From the human T2T-CHM13v2.0 reference genome, Homo sapiens, in assembly GCF_009914755.1 (NCBI RefSeq), contig NC_060935.1: DNA of 64,000 bases. The stretch is one strand, 5' to 3'. Each line of letters opens with the position of its first letter. Position 1 is the first letter of the stretch. A program made the translations under genes and the position numbers. This document shows positions 1 through 17,780 of this stretch, piece after piece. Below the pieces are notes generated by a model. It had not been told where the DNA came from, ran no database searches, and saw only the letters and a list, made by a program, of their open reading frames with translations.

Positions 1-1064
1 ATTCTAGAATAAGATAGAAGATTTTTCCAGAATGCATGTTTTAAATTGGACAGATGCACAAATAATAGGGAGTTGGAAAGTGAGATGAGGGAAACCACGG
101 AGCAAAAGAAAATAATAAAAAATATTCAAAAGGTGACAGAATGAGAAATTTCAACTTATACCATGGCAGGAATTAATGTCAGCTTCTGTGTAAAAATTAA
201 TGTGAATTTGCCAAAGCACTTTGAGATGACACAATTATAGCAAGTGTTTTTAACAAAGGTTTGGCCAAAAGAAAATCATTGCTTGGTGCAAAGGTGGACC
301 AACCAAGTCTTTTGCAGGCTCCTTTTGCAGTAACAGGGTAGATATTTTTGACTGATATATTTCAATTAATAATATATAAAAGCGTTCCAGACACATGTAT
401 GACTAGCTTCTTTCAGAAAAGGAAAGACCTCAGAAAATGATTATGTCTTCAATGTTCGCCTCTTAACATTTTTATTTAGAACTCAATCTTTGCTATATGG
501 TTCCATAAATTGAAAAAAAAAATTCATAGATGAAGCTCAACTCTAATCAGTGATAAAGGGTTAGTACCAAAATCTGTACCATTTTTATGGGGTAGAATTT
601 TAATAGACTTTGTACAGAACTGTTTGAACTAATGTATGGCCTTTATTCTGCCATTTCATTTAACTTGTGTTTGTGACACAGTATTTATGATTCAGCCATG
701 TCAACACTAGAAATATTTTGTTCCTCACATCAAGTGCAGCCTCGAATAAAGTACACCTTTTGATGGATGCCAGTCAGAAATTGTGTATTTCAAAAAAAAA
801 AAATAGTGTGAAAGGTCACTGAATGTAGAAACAAATGAAAAGGTGGTTTTGAGCCACGGCACTGAACCCTTCGGGGACTTTTCTTTCCCACCTGCACCTG
901 TCTTAAAAGTCAATGCATGCCTTTTAAATATCATGATTCATAACATATTCCTTATATAATCATGAAAATGTAGTCTTGTGGTTGGAACAACAAAAAGTAT
1001 CTAATGAAATTTAGATACACAGAATAAAAATTTAGATGCACAGAATAAAAAATAAAATAATAAT

Positions 1065-1330
1065 AATATGGTATTTTGTGAATGAACATTTTTAACGCCA
1101 AGCACAGTACTAAATATTTTATATATACATTCTAATTAAAGCCAACCTTTAAATCTATGAGATAAATACTCTCATTATAGTCATGTTATAGATGAGGGAA
1201 CTAGGGCTTAGAAAGAGATAAAACAACTTACCCAAAGGTAAATAAATAGCTAAATAAATGTTTTAAGGCCAAAAGCAACAGCAGTGCAACAACAAAAAAA
1301 AGCAAACACTGACTCCATAGTCCATTTTTA
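1065..1330 (-). mobile_element. MIR SINE (degenerate)
   Basis: gatgagggaactagggcttagaaagagataaaacaacttacccaaagg resembles the MIR core. Confidence 0.6.
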
Positions 1331-1633
1331 TAGGAATTATGCTAGACTGGCAGAAAATTTAAGTTCCCCAGAAATGTCTTAGCTAATCCAAGGATTAATG
1401 TCTTTGCCTGTCTTGCTAGATTTGTCATTTGTCATTGGTAAGGTATTGATGAGATTTGACCCAAGTATAGAAATCCAAAAGGATCACCTTTATATTTTGT
1501 TGTGTTTTTTATAACTACCACAGCACTTCATTTCAAAAATAAGGTAAGAGGAATTTAACACCTGACAGACTCAGGCGCAATACTTTGATGGACATAAACT
1601 TTTTATAATTGTGGTTTATTTTCCTTCATACAG

Positions 1634-1743
1634 AACCCAGTGCTGCTCCCACAGATGTCAAGGCGACAAGTGTGTCTGTGTCAGAGATTCTTGTTGCATG
1701 GAAACACATTAAAGAGAGTCTAGGAAGACCACAGGGATTTGAG
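1634..1743 (+). CDS. CNTN5: Contactin-5 coding exon (N-terminal half of third FNIII domain): [37 protein letters not shown]
   Basis: Pyrimidine tract ttttccttcatacAG at 1633, donor GAG|GTATGA at 1744; 110 nt, phase 1 to 0; translation recognised as contactin-5 and continues in frame into the exon at 33738. Confidence 0.96.
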
Positions 1744-2869
1744 GTATGAACAGAATGATTGAAAATAAGCCTTATTGTTTCTTCTGACATCACATTCTCC
1801 TAAAGAGAGGTTTTGGTGACACCTCAGAATTTCAACAGAATTTCTTAGAAATTTTGCTCTATGTTAAAGAAACTAAGAAATACTATTTTACTGGGATGTG
1901 TTATGTTGCTCATTAACTGGTTTATTTTTCAGTACAGTAGCTTCCGTAGCACTATGCAAAGATGTTTTTAAAAGATGAAATAGAGTTTTAGACAAAAGCA
2001 GGAGCTACAGGTAGATATTTAATTGTATCCAATTTACTGGTCGTTTTAAAAGTTTTTGTGTCTTCCTTTCTAATAATTTAATGTATAAATACAAGTTTTC
2101 CTTTTGTACTTTATTGGTATCTCTTACCCTCAGTGCTGAATTATCAAATTTTGCTTGGAATTTAATGATCTGTATTGTATCTATGTATTCAGATAGTTTT
2201 TTTGGTCCCTTAAATGTTGCTATTTTTAAACATAGTTATTCCAGCCTTATAATGGTGAACATTTCATATCAAATGAATAACATCAATGAAATTTTAGCCT
2301 CCGCAGAGAATAGCAGATTGTGAGTAGTCTGTGAACATGAATATTTTATGATAACAAGGTTTGGCTTCTCACACAGCTCTTGTTCTTGTTCTTGCCTTGC
2401 TTGGCCAGTCATGGAGAGGAATTAGGGGGATAATGTCTAAAAGAAAAAAAGAATTAGCATCTGACCCAAGACTTTAGTTGCATTTAAAAAAATTTATTCT
2501 TACTTTTCCTCTGCTTCAGTTCCCATTAAGAGAAAATCATCTTGTGTCTTGAACAATGATCAAGTATAGGACTTGTATACTAACATGGTTTCCAGGCTGA
2601 AACATATTTTTAATTCTATTTGAGTTTTCAAATAATGCCCAACAATTATTTGATTAACATACAGCTGGCATTAAATAATGATTTCTATGATAAAAAAATT
2701 TATACAATCTTTCTAAGAGTTACAGCAAGAACAATTTATGGGAAACCATTACCTACTTATACAATATCATGGACTTATTTCTACAATCTTGCTTCAATTA
2801 ATTATTTGGAATGATAATTTAGTATCTCATTATGATTGCATGTTTAATGTGATGAATATTTCTGTTTCT

Positions 2870-2980
2870 CCCAATCCATGCTTCAGGGACCATGTTTGTT
2901 CATCATTAAATCTCAGCAAATGATAATATATATATTTGGCCCATAACTGACCACAATAAATATGTTGAATGAATAAATGT
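2870..2980 (+). mobile_element. L2 LINE 3' tail fragment
   Basis: cagggaccatgtttgttcatc...caataaatatgttgaatgaataaatg is typical of L2 3' ends. Confidence 0.6.
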
Positions 2981-3024
2981 TTGTGTGGCACAATTAGCCC
3001 CTTTCTATCCAACCGTAGAAGACA

Positions 3025-3437
3025 CTGTGGTGGTTTGTCCAGTTTCCCTTCTCTATGGAGGAGGGACACGTGCCTCCTCCAACTGCTGTGAGTGTTGACT
3101 GCTAATGGTTCTCAGCTCCCACTATAGATAATTGCCCTCCACTGAGGAGAGCTACATTGCTTGGAAAGTGACCTCGCCACACTTAGTCAGCCTAAGATCA
3201 ATGACTGACTGATACTTGTCTCTTACCTCAAGGAGGAAAGAACTTTATGGTGTAGTTTATGATACAGAGCCTTGCTGCGTGCATCAGGCCAAAGCCAGAT
3301 TTCCTGGAACCACATTCTTGCTCAGCTCCCCATTCTGAGTTCCTCCCTTTTTAAACCTGTAAGCATCCTCACAGTAAATAATATGCACCAAAATCCCTAT
3401 CTCAAGCTCTGCTTTTGGGGACTTCAACTGAAAAGAA
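3025..3437 (+). mobile_element. ERVL solo LTR, LTR16-like
   Basis: Begins TGTGGTGG; contains caatgactgactgatac and a terminal ctcaagctctgcttttggggac motif characteristic of LTR16. Confidence 0.65.
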
Positions 3438-3734
3438 CTACATTAGTGTGAATTCACTCTAAACCTCTGAATCGGAACATCTGGGGCAGACGTCTGGTGT
3501 GCATACCTTTCAGAAAGCCACAAAGTATATTCTGGTGCACGGAAGAGTGACAACCCAGGCTCCTATATCTCAAAGGGATGTTCCCCTTATATAGCCAGTC
3601 ACCCTCAAGCTTTTTTTATACCTGCCCTAATAGCATGACACTCAGATAACCATTATGATTCACCGTGTTGACATCTCTCTGTGAGGTCCTGCAAAGATCA
3701 CATGTGCACAATTCTTCTCTTCCTAAATATAAAT

Positions 3735-5130
3735 CATTCATTCTTTAATTCAATAAATATTTATGTAGACCTATTAAGTACCAGACAATGAGCTAAATGC
3801 CAGGAACAAACCAATGAGCAAAACAAAGTCCCTGCTCTTCTGAAGCTTGTATTGTAGTAGGGAAGGCACACAATCAACAAGCTAAGAAATAAGCGCATGA
3901 TTTTTTAAAAAAAATATGAGATACAATTTCAGTTGATGATACAGACTATGTAGAAAAAATAGGGCAAGAAGGTAAAGAGAGAGAGTCTGATATTTTATAG
4001 AGGTTTGAGAAATCAACCTTTCTGTGGTTGCGACATGTGAGTAGAGACATGATGTAATGAGAGACGGCAGAGAGAACGGCAAGCCCAGGAGCTCTGAAGT
4101 ACTAGCGTGCTGGACTTCTTCAAAGAATAGGAAGTGAATGATTTTGGTGAGAGTAGGGAGCACAGGGAGAGTGGGAGCAGGATGATGATGAAGAGATTAG
4201 CAGGACAAGGAACAGGTTTCTGGGGCCTTAGGAACCATAGAAAGAAGTTCAGATTTCATCCAAAGTATAAGAAGTCATAAAGTATTTCAAACTGGGAGGG
4301 ACAAGTCAAGATCTGACATATTTAAAGCCTCTCTCAATCTGGAAGGTAGATAATAGACCCTGGGGAGGGCCTCAGACAGAAGAGCAGAGGGGCAGCTGTT
4401 CCAACCTCAGTGACAATGAGGTTGCTTTCAACTAGAGTGGTAGCAGTGGAGTTGATAAGAAGTGGACCTTTTAAAATATATTTTGAATTGAGGTGAGACA
4501 GAATTTGACAATAAATTACATGTAGGCTATGAAAAAGATGAGACAAAGATAATTGCAGAGATATTTGACCCAAGAAACTAGGTAAATGGCATTGTCATTC
4601 ACAGAGATGAGGAACTCACAAAGAAGAGTGGGTTTTAGAGTGAAAATCAAGGATTCTGTTTCGGGTGTTTTAAATTTTAGGAACTTTTTTTATTTCTAAA
4701 AAGAGTTCTCAAGCAGGTCTTAAGTTAAGAGGAAGACTGGGGATGGAACTATAACTATGGGAAATCATAAGGTTATAAATAGTTTGTATGCATATACCAG
4801 CTAAGATCACTGAATATTTGGTAAAGAAGGTGCCTGAGAATTGAGCTCTGGGGTGGCCCACAATTTGGAACTCAATAAAGGAGAGGAGAGGGTCTGGCTG
4901 AAGAAACTAAGGAGGAGACACTGAAGAAATTCAGAAGCCAAGAGAAGAATTTCAAAATGGAGAGAATGTTCCATGCTGTCAAATGCTGCTGGGGAATTCA
5001 GAAAGATGAGACCTGAGATTGCCAGATGGATTCAGCAATGTGGAGACCATAAGTAACCTTGATGAGAGAGATTTTATGGAATGCTGATAATGAAGGCTTA
5101 ACTGGAGGTTAAGATCAAGATTACTCAAGA
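3735..5130 (-). mobile_element. L2 LINE, ~1.4 kb
   Basis: attcattctttaattcaataaatatttat (reverse of L2 tail) followed by purine-rich L2 body motifs (gtccctgctcttctgaagcttgtattgtagtagggaag; gagatgaggaac). Confidence 0.7.
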
Positions 5131-6169
5131 GTGACAGTCAAGACCATCAGAGCACAATGTTTTCACTAGATCAGCTTCATTCAAAATAACTTATTGCAAG
5201 CAAAAATGGAATATATTTGAAAACAGAAAGTTAACAAGGATGAATCAAATTCTGAAATAATCATCACAATGACATTTTTGAATTAAAATAAATCAACGAA
5301 AATTCTGACAATGACTTTATACAAACAAACCGGGACAGAATTCATGGACATAGTAACTATTCTATTTCATAGCGCATTATAAATTGTAGTTTCAAAATAT
5401 GGCATCTTGTTACCAGAAAATAAAAATCAACATCTCATTAATTGTGAAATTCTTTACTTTTTATAAACAGAACATAATGAAAACTTTGGCTAAACATGAC
5501 ATTAACTGTTATTTTAAGTATATTCAGTGAAGACTATTTTTGATTTATACTGTTTCATAACTGAATAGCTGCATGTAGATTTAACACTAAATATGATATA
5601 GGTGAAGCTATCAGGATCTCTCTTTTCCTCTCTTTTCTGTATTCTTTTTCCCTCGAAAGAGAGTTCTGCCTCTGTCCTTCACCAAACACATCTGGAACTT
5701 ACTGCTCTCCTCTTCTCCCCACTTATTTTTCTCTATCAAAAATGTCACTTAGTAAAAGATTTCCCTAATTATTACTAAAATATAATGAACCCATAAAGCT
5801 TAACAATTTTGTTTACTTTTATCCCTCTTTTTCACTCTATCCCTACCACAATTCTACCTATATTTACTGATGGTCGAATTCAGAGCATGGTGACAATAAA
5901 ACAAATATTGAAACAAGGGCATTTGTCATCAAAACCAAAATGATCAATTTCACATTTTATGTACTTATAATATCAGTCCTATGAGTCACTTTTCTAGCCA
6001 TAATTTTAACTTCACATGCAAAATCTAAAACAGCAAGCTACTACAAAAGCATTAACTATGAACCACTTTGAAACTAGAGAAGACAGTGTTTTCAGCTGCC
6101 CCTCTTATTTTTCCTGAATCAGAACATCAATAAGATAGATAAGGTTCTGATCTTATGAATGTTACATCC

Positions 6170-7250
6170 TAATGGGGGAAAACATTTTTTTTAAAAATCA
6201 AGGAAACACATAAGTAATAAGATAAACTCTGATAACAATACACATAGAGGGTCAAAGGTATAGCAAACCTGGTTCCTGTGAGAACAGAAAGAAAGTGAAG
6301 CACTGGGAAATTAAAATAGTTTGAGGGTTGGGTAGAGACAAGATATGTATAGATATATGGGTTATGAAAAAAAGTTTGTCTTTTATTTGAAGTGCAGTAG
6401 AAAGCCATTGAGACAATTTAAGGAGGGAAGTCACAATGTCCGATTTATGTTTTTCTTTTTTTTAATCACTCTGGCTGCTCTTATATGAAGAATGAAAGGG
6501 AGAGGAAAGAAAGGTCAGAGAATTGAAGTTAAGAGTTATCACAATAATCCAAGCAAGAAATGATGGTGACCTAGACTTCAGCCAAAGCAGTGGAGTGGGA
6601 GAGAAGCAGATGTATTTTAGAGGCAGGGCTGGCAGGATTTGCTGATTGATCTGATGTGGAGGAAAGAGAAATGATGATTCCTGCATATCTGGCTTGGACA
6701 CATAGGTAAATTGTGCCATTTACAAAAAAAAAAAAAAATGAAGGAAACTGAACAAAGAACAGATTTGAAGCTAGGAAATCAAGAGTTCTATTTAATCACA
6801 TTGAATTTTTGATGCCTATTAGAGGCATCTAAGAGGGTAAGTCAGATAGGCAGTAGAACATGCCAGTTTGGAGTCAAATTGAGAGAACAGGGCTGAAAAC
6901 ATAGAGATGGCCATTATAGAAGTGGTATTTAAATCCATGCTACCATAGGAAAGCATCTGAGGACAAAATTTCAAGAGAAGAGGAGAGAACAAGAGCAGAG
7001 GGGAATGAGGAGGGTCCTGCTGTGTCCTGGCACACTCAGCATTTAGAAGTTGAGCTGAAGAGGAAGAATCAGCAAGGAGGCTGGCAAGAATAAATCAGTT
7101 TTGTAGCAGGAATACCACGTATGAATAAAAAAAGTTAAAGGAGTTGACCAAAAAGAGGGAACTGGTCAACTATGCTTAATGCTGCCAAGAGATCAAGTGA
7201 GATAAAGAGGGAAAAGTGCCTGTTTGGTTTACAGGTTATTGGTGATAACT
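6170..7250 (-). mobile_element. L2 LINE fragment
   Basis: aagccattg...atcactctggctgct...aatccaagcaagaaatgatggtgacctagac...aaatcaagagttcta L2 body motifs. Confidence 0.65.
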
Positions 7251-10200
7251 TCCACAATCAAATAAATAATCAATATCCCTTATGTTGTCAATTAGTAACT
7301 TCAAGTTGTAGACATTTAGTAACCTTAATAATGCCACTGCTTCTAAAGAATGGTTGGTGGAAATAGTTTGAGGGCAAGGGAACGTCATTTCAGAGCTCTC
7401 AGCCCATCAGCACCTTACTTGATGTGGAATTTCCTGTATTTTGTCAGGACACCAACAGGTTTTGGTATTCATTCTTGTGTTGAGAATCACAGCTCTCCAG
7501 TGTTGGTATCAGAAATGGTTAAGAGCAAAATTCAACATCTGAATATATTTTTGCACCACATATTATAATGTGAGTATAATTAGCCACTGCAGAAAACTCT
7601 TTTAGCCTCAAAAAGAGTGAAAAGAAGTCAAATTGAGACTTTAACATGGTGTTTCCCTTGATGTACCAGGTATTATAGAGCAGGTAAATTAGAAACAAGA
7701 TATCATTTCTGAAGTCATGTACACAGATTTATTTCCTTCTAGAATATGTTTTCTGTCAAGTCCATACCCATGTTCCACTTTGAAATTGATGACTGTATCC
7801 CTGGAATACATAGCGTGGTGTTAACTAGTAACACCTCAATGCATTTTCCTTAATAAATAATCAAACTGGAACCTATTTGTGATTCACTTGTCTCTGAAAT
7901 CTTTGTATTTTCTTCTCTACTAATTGAGGGAAGCTACACTTGAGCAAGAGTCATTTGGAGAGAAGACGGCATCATTAAGGGCAGTAAAGGCCTTAAATCT
8001 CTAACAGCCTTACCTGATCTCCCTCCTGCAAGTTGCTATCATTAGGCTCTCCCTTCCCACTTCTGACTGCAGGTTCTCCTGATTTGGCTGCAGCCTGACT
8101 CTGATTCTGACCCTAAGTTGGCAGTCAAATTTCATCTCACATTTCCCTGACCTGGCTTTCTGTATGTTTCATTTGAATCTCATTTATTATTTATTTAACT
8201 AGTATTTATTAAATACCTGCTATGTTTTGATGCAATATTCAGGCTGAAACAATAAATACAACTGAGTTCCTGACCTTATGAAGTTTGCAGTCTAGCAAGG
8301 GAGACTATTTCTGCTTTCTTGAATTTTTGTATTTTGCTTCAATCCTCAACTAGGGTCTTGATCCTAACTTCTGGTAGCTCCTTTTGCTGATAACTTGGTT
8401 TTGATAATCTTTTCCCTGATGCAGTCCTGCAGAACAGCAGTAAGGATCTCAGTCAGAGGCTTCCCCTGGTAGCATTTGTCAGTAATCTACTTACACTTGG
8501 CATTTTGGCCTTTCGCAAGGAAGCTTCCATTACATCTTAATTGGTTTAAGAAATAATAAACCAAGCATTTTGACTTAAACTTTTCATTTTTAACTAACCC
8601 AACACTTTCAAGTACATGAAACAATTCAAATCAAATAGTGATTGATTTTTGTTATTAAATTGATGAATTGCTTTATCTAATAGAATGGTCATGGCAATTA
8701 AGATGCTAAGAATAGTTTTGCAAAAGACAAGGTCAGAATGATGACAGCCAGACAAAGTGATCAATGGTAAGGGGCTTGAGGACAATTTAGCAATTTTATC
8801 CCTTTCTGTTTCTGAGTGGATCCATCTTTAGACATTTTAAAAGGTAACAATTAGGCTACATGAGAACTCTACTGTACAAAGAAAAATGGTGGTCTTTTCC
8901 TTTCAACCAGCTGCCTCCTGAAAGAATGGCAGTACCTCACAAAAATGACCATCTGAAGAAATAAGAAAAAAAAATATGAAATTCCAAATGTAGACATTAA
9001 TCCATCTATTTGTATCTTTCAAATATTTGAGAAATTTTGTCAACATCCGCTTAGAACCACCCATTTGTAAATTTTGGTTACCTACATGGCATTAGCTTGA
9101 AATTTTATGGTAGCAGGGACTAAATGTAGAAAGCACTGACACTGAGATATGTGAAATGTCTAGCTTATGATATGCAGCATGATTGAAAATTGAAAGTGGG
9201 CTGTATTTACTGAACAACTTTGATTCATGAATAACCATGACTGTCCCATCTGGATTGCCATCTCTGTCACTAGCCCATACAAGTAAATTATTAGGTTCAG
9301 TTTTGAATTTATGAACCCACCAGCATTAAGTGTCCTGTGTATGGTAATCTCTGAATCCTAGAGCAGAGTCCCTCAAGCTTTTCAGAACATAAAAGGATTT
9401 TTATGTGCATACAAATTCAGAGAAGATGCCAGTCTGGCAAGAAGGGAGGGTAAAGGATAAGGCCAAATTTCATAATCATTTCTGTGATTTTCCCAGATCA
9501 GCAAAACAGACAAAGTAAATTGTGATAATGGAATGTTGGATGATTCATTTTTTTCACTCCTTCACTCATCAAGCATTTATTCAGTATCGGGCACTATGCT
9601 GGGCAATGGGAATGTACATATAAATAAGATCTAGTCCTTACCCTCAAAAAGCTCACAGTCTAATATTGAGGGAGGTTTATGGGAAGTTGAAGTAAACAAA
9701 AAAGAAATACGTTGGAACAATATAATTCTCGTGTCTATAATTACCCCAGGATTTCTTAGCATCCTGATCCTCTGAAGAAACAGTGTGAATAAATCTGTGC
9801 CAATGCCTTACATGGGTGTAAGCTTCTCTGTTTTCATGAGAATATGCTTCTGTCCTGAAATTTTCCTTTATTTTCTAAATAAGTCAACAATAAAATAGTT
9901 ATATTAACTGAATAAAATAAAAATGAAACTTTTTTCACTAGAGGTAATTTTTAAAACATTCATATTTCATATTCTGCCTGTGGAACAAAGTCTTCCATGA
10001 TTGCCAAGTTTATGGTGCTTGTATTCATTCATCCCTTCTTGTAAGATAATTATTAACTGTATTTTTATCTTTTTAATAGCTGGACTCATTTTAACAATAA
10101 GCAACAATGTATTTTGTAGCAGGAGTTTAAGTGCACACTGTCCTGGTTTCAGTTCTGAACATTTTAGTGCTTATTATCAAGAAAAAACAAAAGACAAAAC

Positions 10201-11234
10201 AGCTTGTCCCATTTTACAATACTCACTAAAAGGCACCTCTAGCAACTTCTTTGTTTGGGCTACGTGCAAGGTTCACATGTGTTCATTTTAAACCTTCCAG
10301 AGGATATGCAACTCAGAAGTTCATTTTAGACATGTCACTAAAGCCATTTCCACTTATTGATTGCACTGAAAGGACAGCAATTGTGTTTTGCTCTATAAAA
10401 GATGTCGTGGTGGGGATTCCTTCAGGGGAGAAGCGACAAGGCTGTTGTTCTTTATTTTATGATCTGACTCTAATCATTAGAGAAGGAGACAAAATAAATG
10501 GGCCTCCCTGTTCTCTGACAATAACTCATGCTGGGCAGATTGTATTTACTTTGTATGGGGGGGAGGAAATGTATATGTGTGAAGATGGACTTTAAGATAC
10601 AAGTAAAAGGGGAAAAAGAAGCTAAAATGAAGCTAGTTACCAGAAAGCTAACAAAGGTTGTTTTATTTTCCATATGCTGTGTGGGTAGCCGCCATTTTAC
10701 AGAGCCTCTTTGGCTTTTTATTAATACTACATTAAAGTAAGAATATAAGAAACTAAACAATAAGAAAAAATAAAATGCCAATTTTATCCTTTCTTTTCTG
10801 AAATTCTGAGGACTCTCATTTAAATCAAAGAGCTTTTATGTCACTATCATTAGATTTCTTTCTTGGCTTATTTTCATAGACTCTGAGGCCAACTAAAAAT
10901 TACGTTTTCTGAAAATCATCAAATCAAAAGCAAATTGAAGTAATATTTCAATTGTTTAACCTGTTCTTTTCTTGTCCTATTGAAACACAACTCTATAATT
11001 TTTATCAAAAATAGTTACTCACTTTACTGTGTTTTTGTTTCATTTGATTCTAGATGCATGGCTTCATGGTTGAAATTCTGTAACTAAAACAACTTTAAAA
11101 TTTTCTTTTCTACTGAAATTTTGACACAAACCATTTTAAGACTCTTAGGATATTTTCCTGAACATATTGTTGAAACACAAATGGAACCAAAAAAGTATTG
11201 ATGATATGTTTTATCATATTTAGAAGTATTTCTC

Positions 11235-11557
<323 letters not shown>

Positions 11558-12229
11558 TCAACATGAATGTGAATTTATTGCACCACCTCTAAACAGGGGT
11601 TTCTCATCCCTAAACCCAGCCATCCATGAGTTCATCAAATGTCCATCCTCAGTTTCACTGTATTATATAATGCACATTTGCACAAGCAGAGCATCCACGC
11701 AAAAATATGAAATCACAAATGTAGAGAGCAATTTATTTATAATTGACATTGTCAATTACTAATTGACTAATTGCCAATTAGTAAAGTGCTGAGACATTAT
11801 TTTCCAAAGGGCAAAGCTTTTTAACAAATCTGCACACAGAAAAGTGCAAAAATTATTTTATTTTACAAATATTTGAACATTTTTGGTGAAATTTTCTGAG
11901 AACAGCCCATTTAAAAATTTCTAAATTGTGAAAAAATCTTCTTCCTCTTGAGGGCTGGGTTTATACCTTAAGCACCTGACAATGTACTTGTGATAGAGGA
12001 GTACTAAATCTATGAGTGTTGCACAGATACATACAGACATGGGCTTGCTTAATAAACTAGGAAATGAAGAAATTGTATAAAGTGTTTAAACACAAAAAGA
12101 AAAAGGTTTACAAAATCTATATTTAGCATTGTAAGAATTCTAATTGCTAATTGACTAAATGCCAATTACTAAATAGCCGAGACTTTATTTTCCAAAGGGC
12201 AAGGCTTTTTTCTTTAAATCTGCATACAG

Positions 12230-15358
<3,129 letters not shown>

Positions 15359-15492
15359 CACTATCCTGACTTCTAACAACACTAGTTGGTTTTTACCAGT
15401 TTTTGAAATCATCTGGAGCTTTTTATGTCTTGTTATTTTTCACTCAACACTATGTTGGTAAGAGTCACCCATATTGTTACATGCAACTGTAG

Positions 15493-15796
<304 letters not shown>

Positions 15797-17331
15797 TCGT
15801 AATGCTGTCTTCTAAACTACATCGTAAGAGTACCCCACAAGTAATTTATCATTCTACCATTGACATACATTAAGGTTGTTTCCAGTTGGGTCTGTTATGA
15901 ATAACACTATATAAAGCAATTTCAGGAGAATTATCTATTTTACCATATTGAGTCTCCTAATTCATAATCATGGTATATTCCACTTTTTTTTAAGCCTTCT
16001 TTGAGCTTTGTCAGTATACAGGTCTTGATAGTCTTTTCTTAGATTTTTCTCTGTTTTACTATTTGGTGCCATTTTAACTTATCCTGTATTTAATTTAGAT
16101 TTAACTTTGTGTTATGAAAATTTTTAAAAATATCTGATATATAATATACAGAAGAGTATAGTGAATTTCTATAAACTTAGCACTTACCTTAATCTATTAT
16201 GAATCAATGAATAATCTGTTTTGTGTATAATGCCACTTAGTCAATCTCCTATATTATTTTGAAGCAACTGTCAGCCATTATATTGTTTCACAGAACATAT
16301 CTCATTAAAAATCTCTAAAGTATATGCTTTTTAAAAATTGCCACCTCTCTGCTTCCTGAGAACATGCAGGTTAGAAAATGTCCTCAGTGTAAAAAGCTGC
16401 GAACTAAAAAAGCATACCTAATGTAACTCTGTCTTCAATGTTTCTCTTGGTCTCTGCCTACATTACTAGGTTCTCCAATGTTTATCTCTGAGCAAGCATA
16501 GTTTATCATTCAGCCAAGGATTTAACAGGCTTTATACTCAGATTGTGGCTCTTATCCTTTCTCGCTTCTTGAATTTCTATTTTGTGTTTTCAACGGCTCT
16601 TTCTGATTAACTTCCTTTGCTACTCCAACTGATCAAGCTGCAATCTTTTGCCACCATTGCCAGAGGGATTGAAGAACATTCACAAACAAAATAAGCCACA
16701 AACTCACAATTCTTACTGTTGCAGTTTCAGACTTTCAAGAGTAAACTCTCCTCTAGCTTCTGTCTGCTTTTGGATGCTTGCCATGATTTTAAAATTCTCA
16801 TTTGGGTCGGGGTTTGTATAATCATTTCACTCATCCACATTTCCATCATTTTCTTAATATCTGTAAGATCTGTGGGATATTTTCTTTCTGTCAGTATTTA
16901 TATGTCCTCCTCCCCCCCCCTTCTTTTCATCACTCTTGATTAAAAGAGATTTACAAAATATGTGATCTTTTCAAAGCATTAACTTTGTCTTTATTCATTT
17001 TCTTAATGTTTCTTTTTCCAATTCATTTTGTTGTTCCTGTCATTTTTATATCCTTCTTTCTACTTTATTTAGGTTTAAAATTTATTGCTCTATTTTGAAC
17101 ATCTTAAGATGGATATTCACTGACTTTTGGCTTTTATTTTTTTCCAGTATATATATTAAGGCTATACATCTCCAAAATTCTCTCTTCCCAGCATCTCATA
17201 CAGACTATGTCATATAATATCATTAACTAGTTAGTAAATTTTAAAGATTAATATTCTTCTACCTGAAAGTATTTCAGATCAAAACTTTTGTTCTTTCATT
17301 AAATTAAGATATATTAAACAATATTGTAATA

Positions 17332-17780
17332 TGTCAACCTAAAAGGAAGAAGCTTAGGAAAACGAATATAGATAAAGTGTTCATTTGGGCCAAGTTTGAG
17401 GACTGCAACCCAGGAGTATAGATTCAAGTTGCCCTGAATATACACTCTGATTAGTAGCAGTAACAAATAGATTTTTAAAGGCAAAGAAAGGGCAGCGGTG
17501 GGAAGGGAGTGGGCTGATACAAAGTCCTTTCTCAGGAATTCTCATTTATTTACAGAAATAGCATTGATTAGTGAATGGCTATACATTGTGAAGCTATAGG
17601 GTTATAGTGTCTGATGTGGCATTATTAATTAGTAGCTACTTGTAGCAATAGCAAGCAGTTTCAAAAGATAAATACATTGCTCAAAGGGGAAGTGGGGCAT
17701 GGTTGCAGTCTCATTTTAATGTTTCTCTGGCTATAATAATCAAAAGGACTTGCGTTCCTCAAATAAAATTTCTTTTCTCA
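17332..17780 (-). mobile_element. ERV1 MER4-group solo LTR (MER65-like; subfamily uncertain)
   Basis: TGTCAACCTAAA...tttgggccaagtttgaggactgcaacccaggag...cttttcTCA with TG..CA termini, ~450 bp. Confidence 0.65.

Noticed and set aside
10001-10781. Overlapping 96-114 aa ORFs on both strands
   Set aside because: Mostly non-ATG starts, no recognisable domain or splice context; expected by chance.
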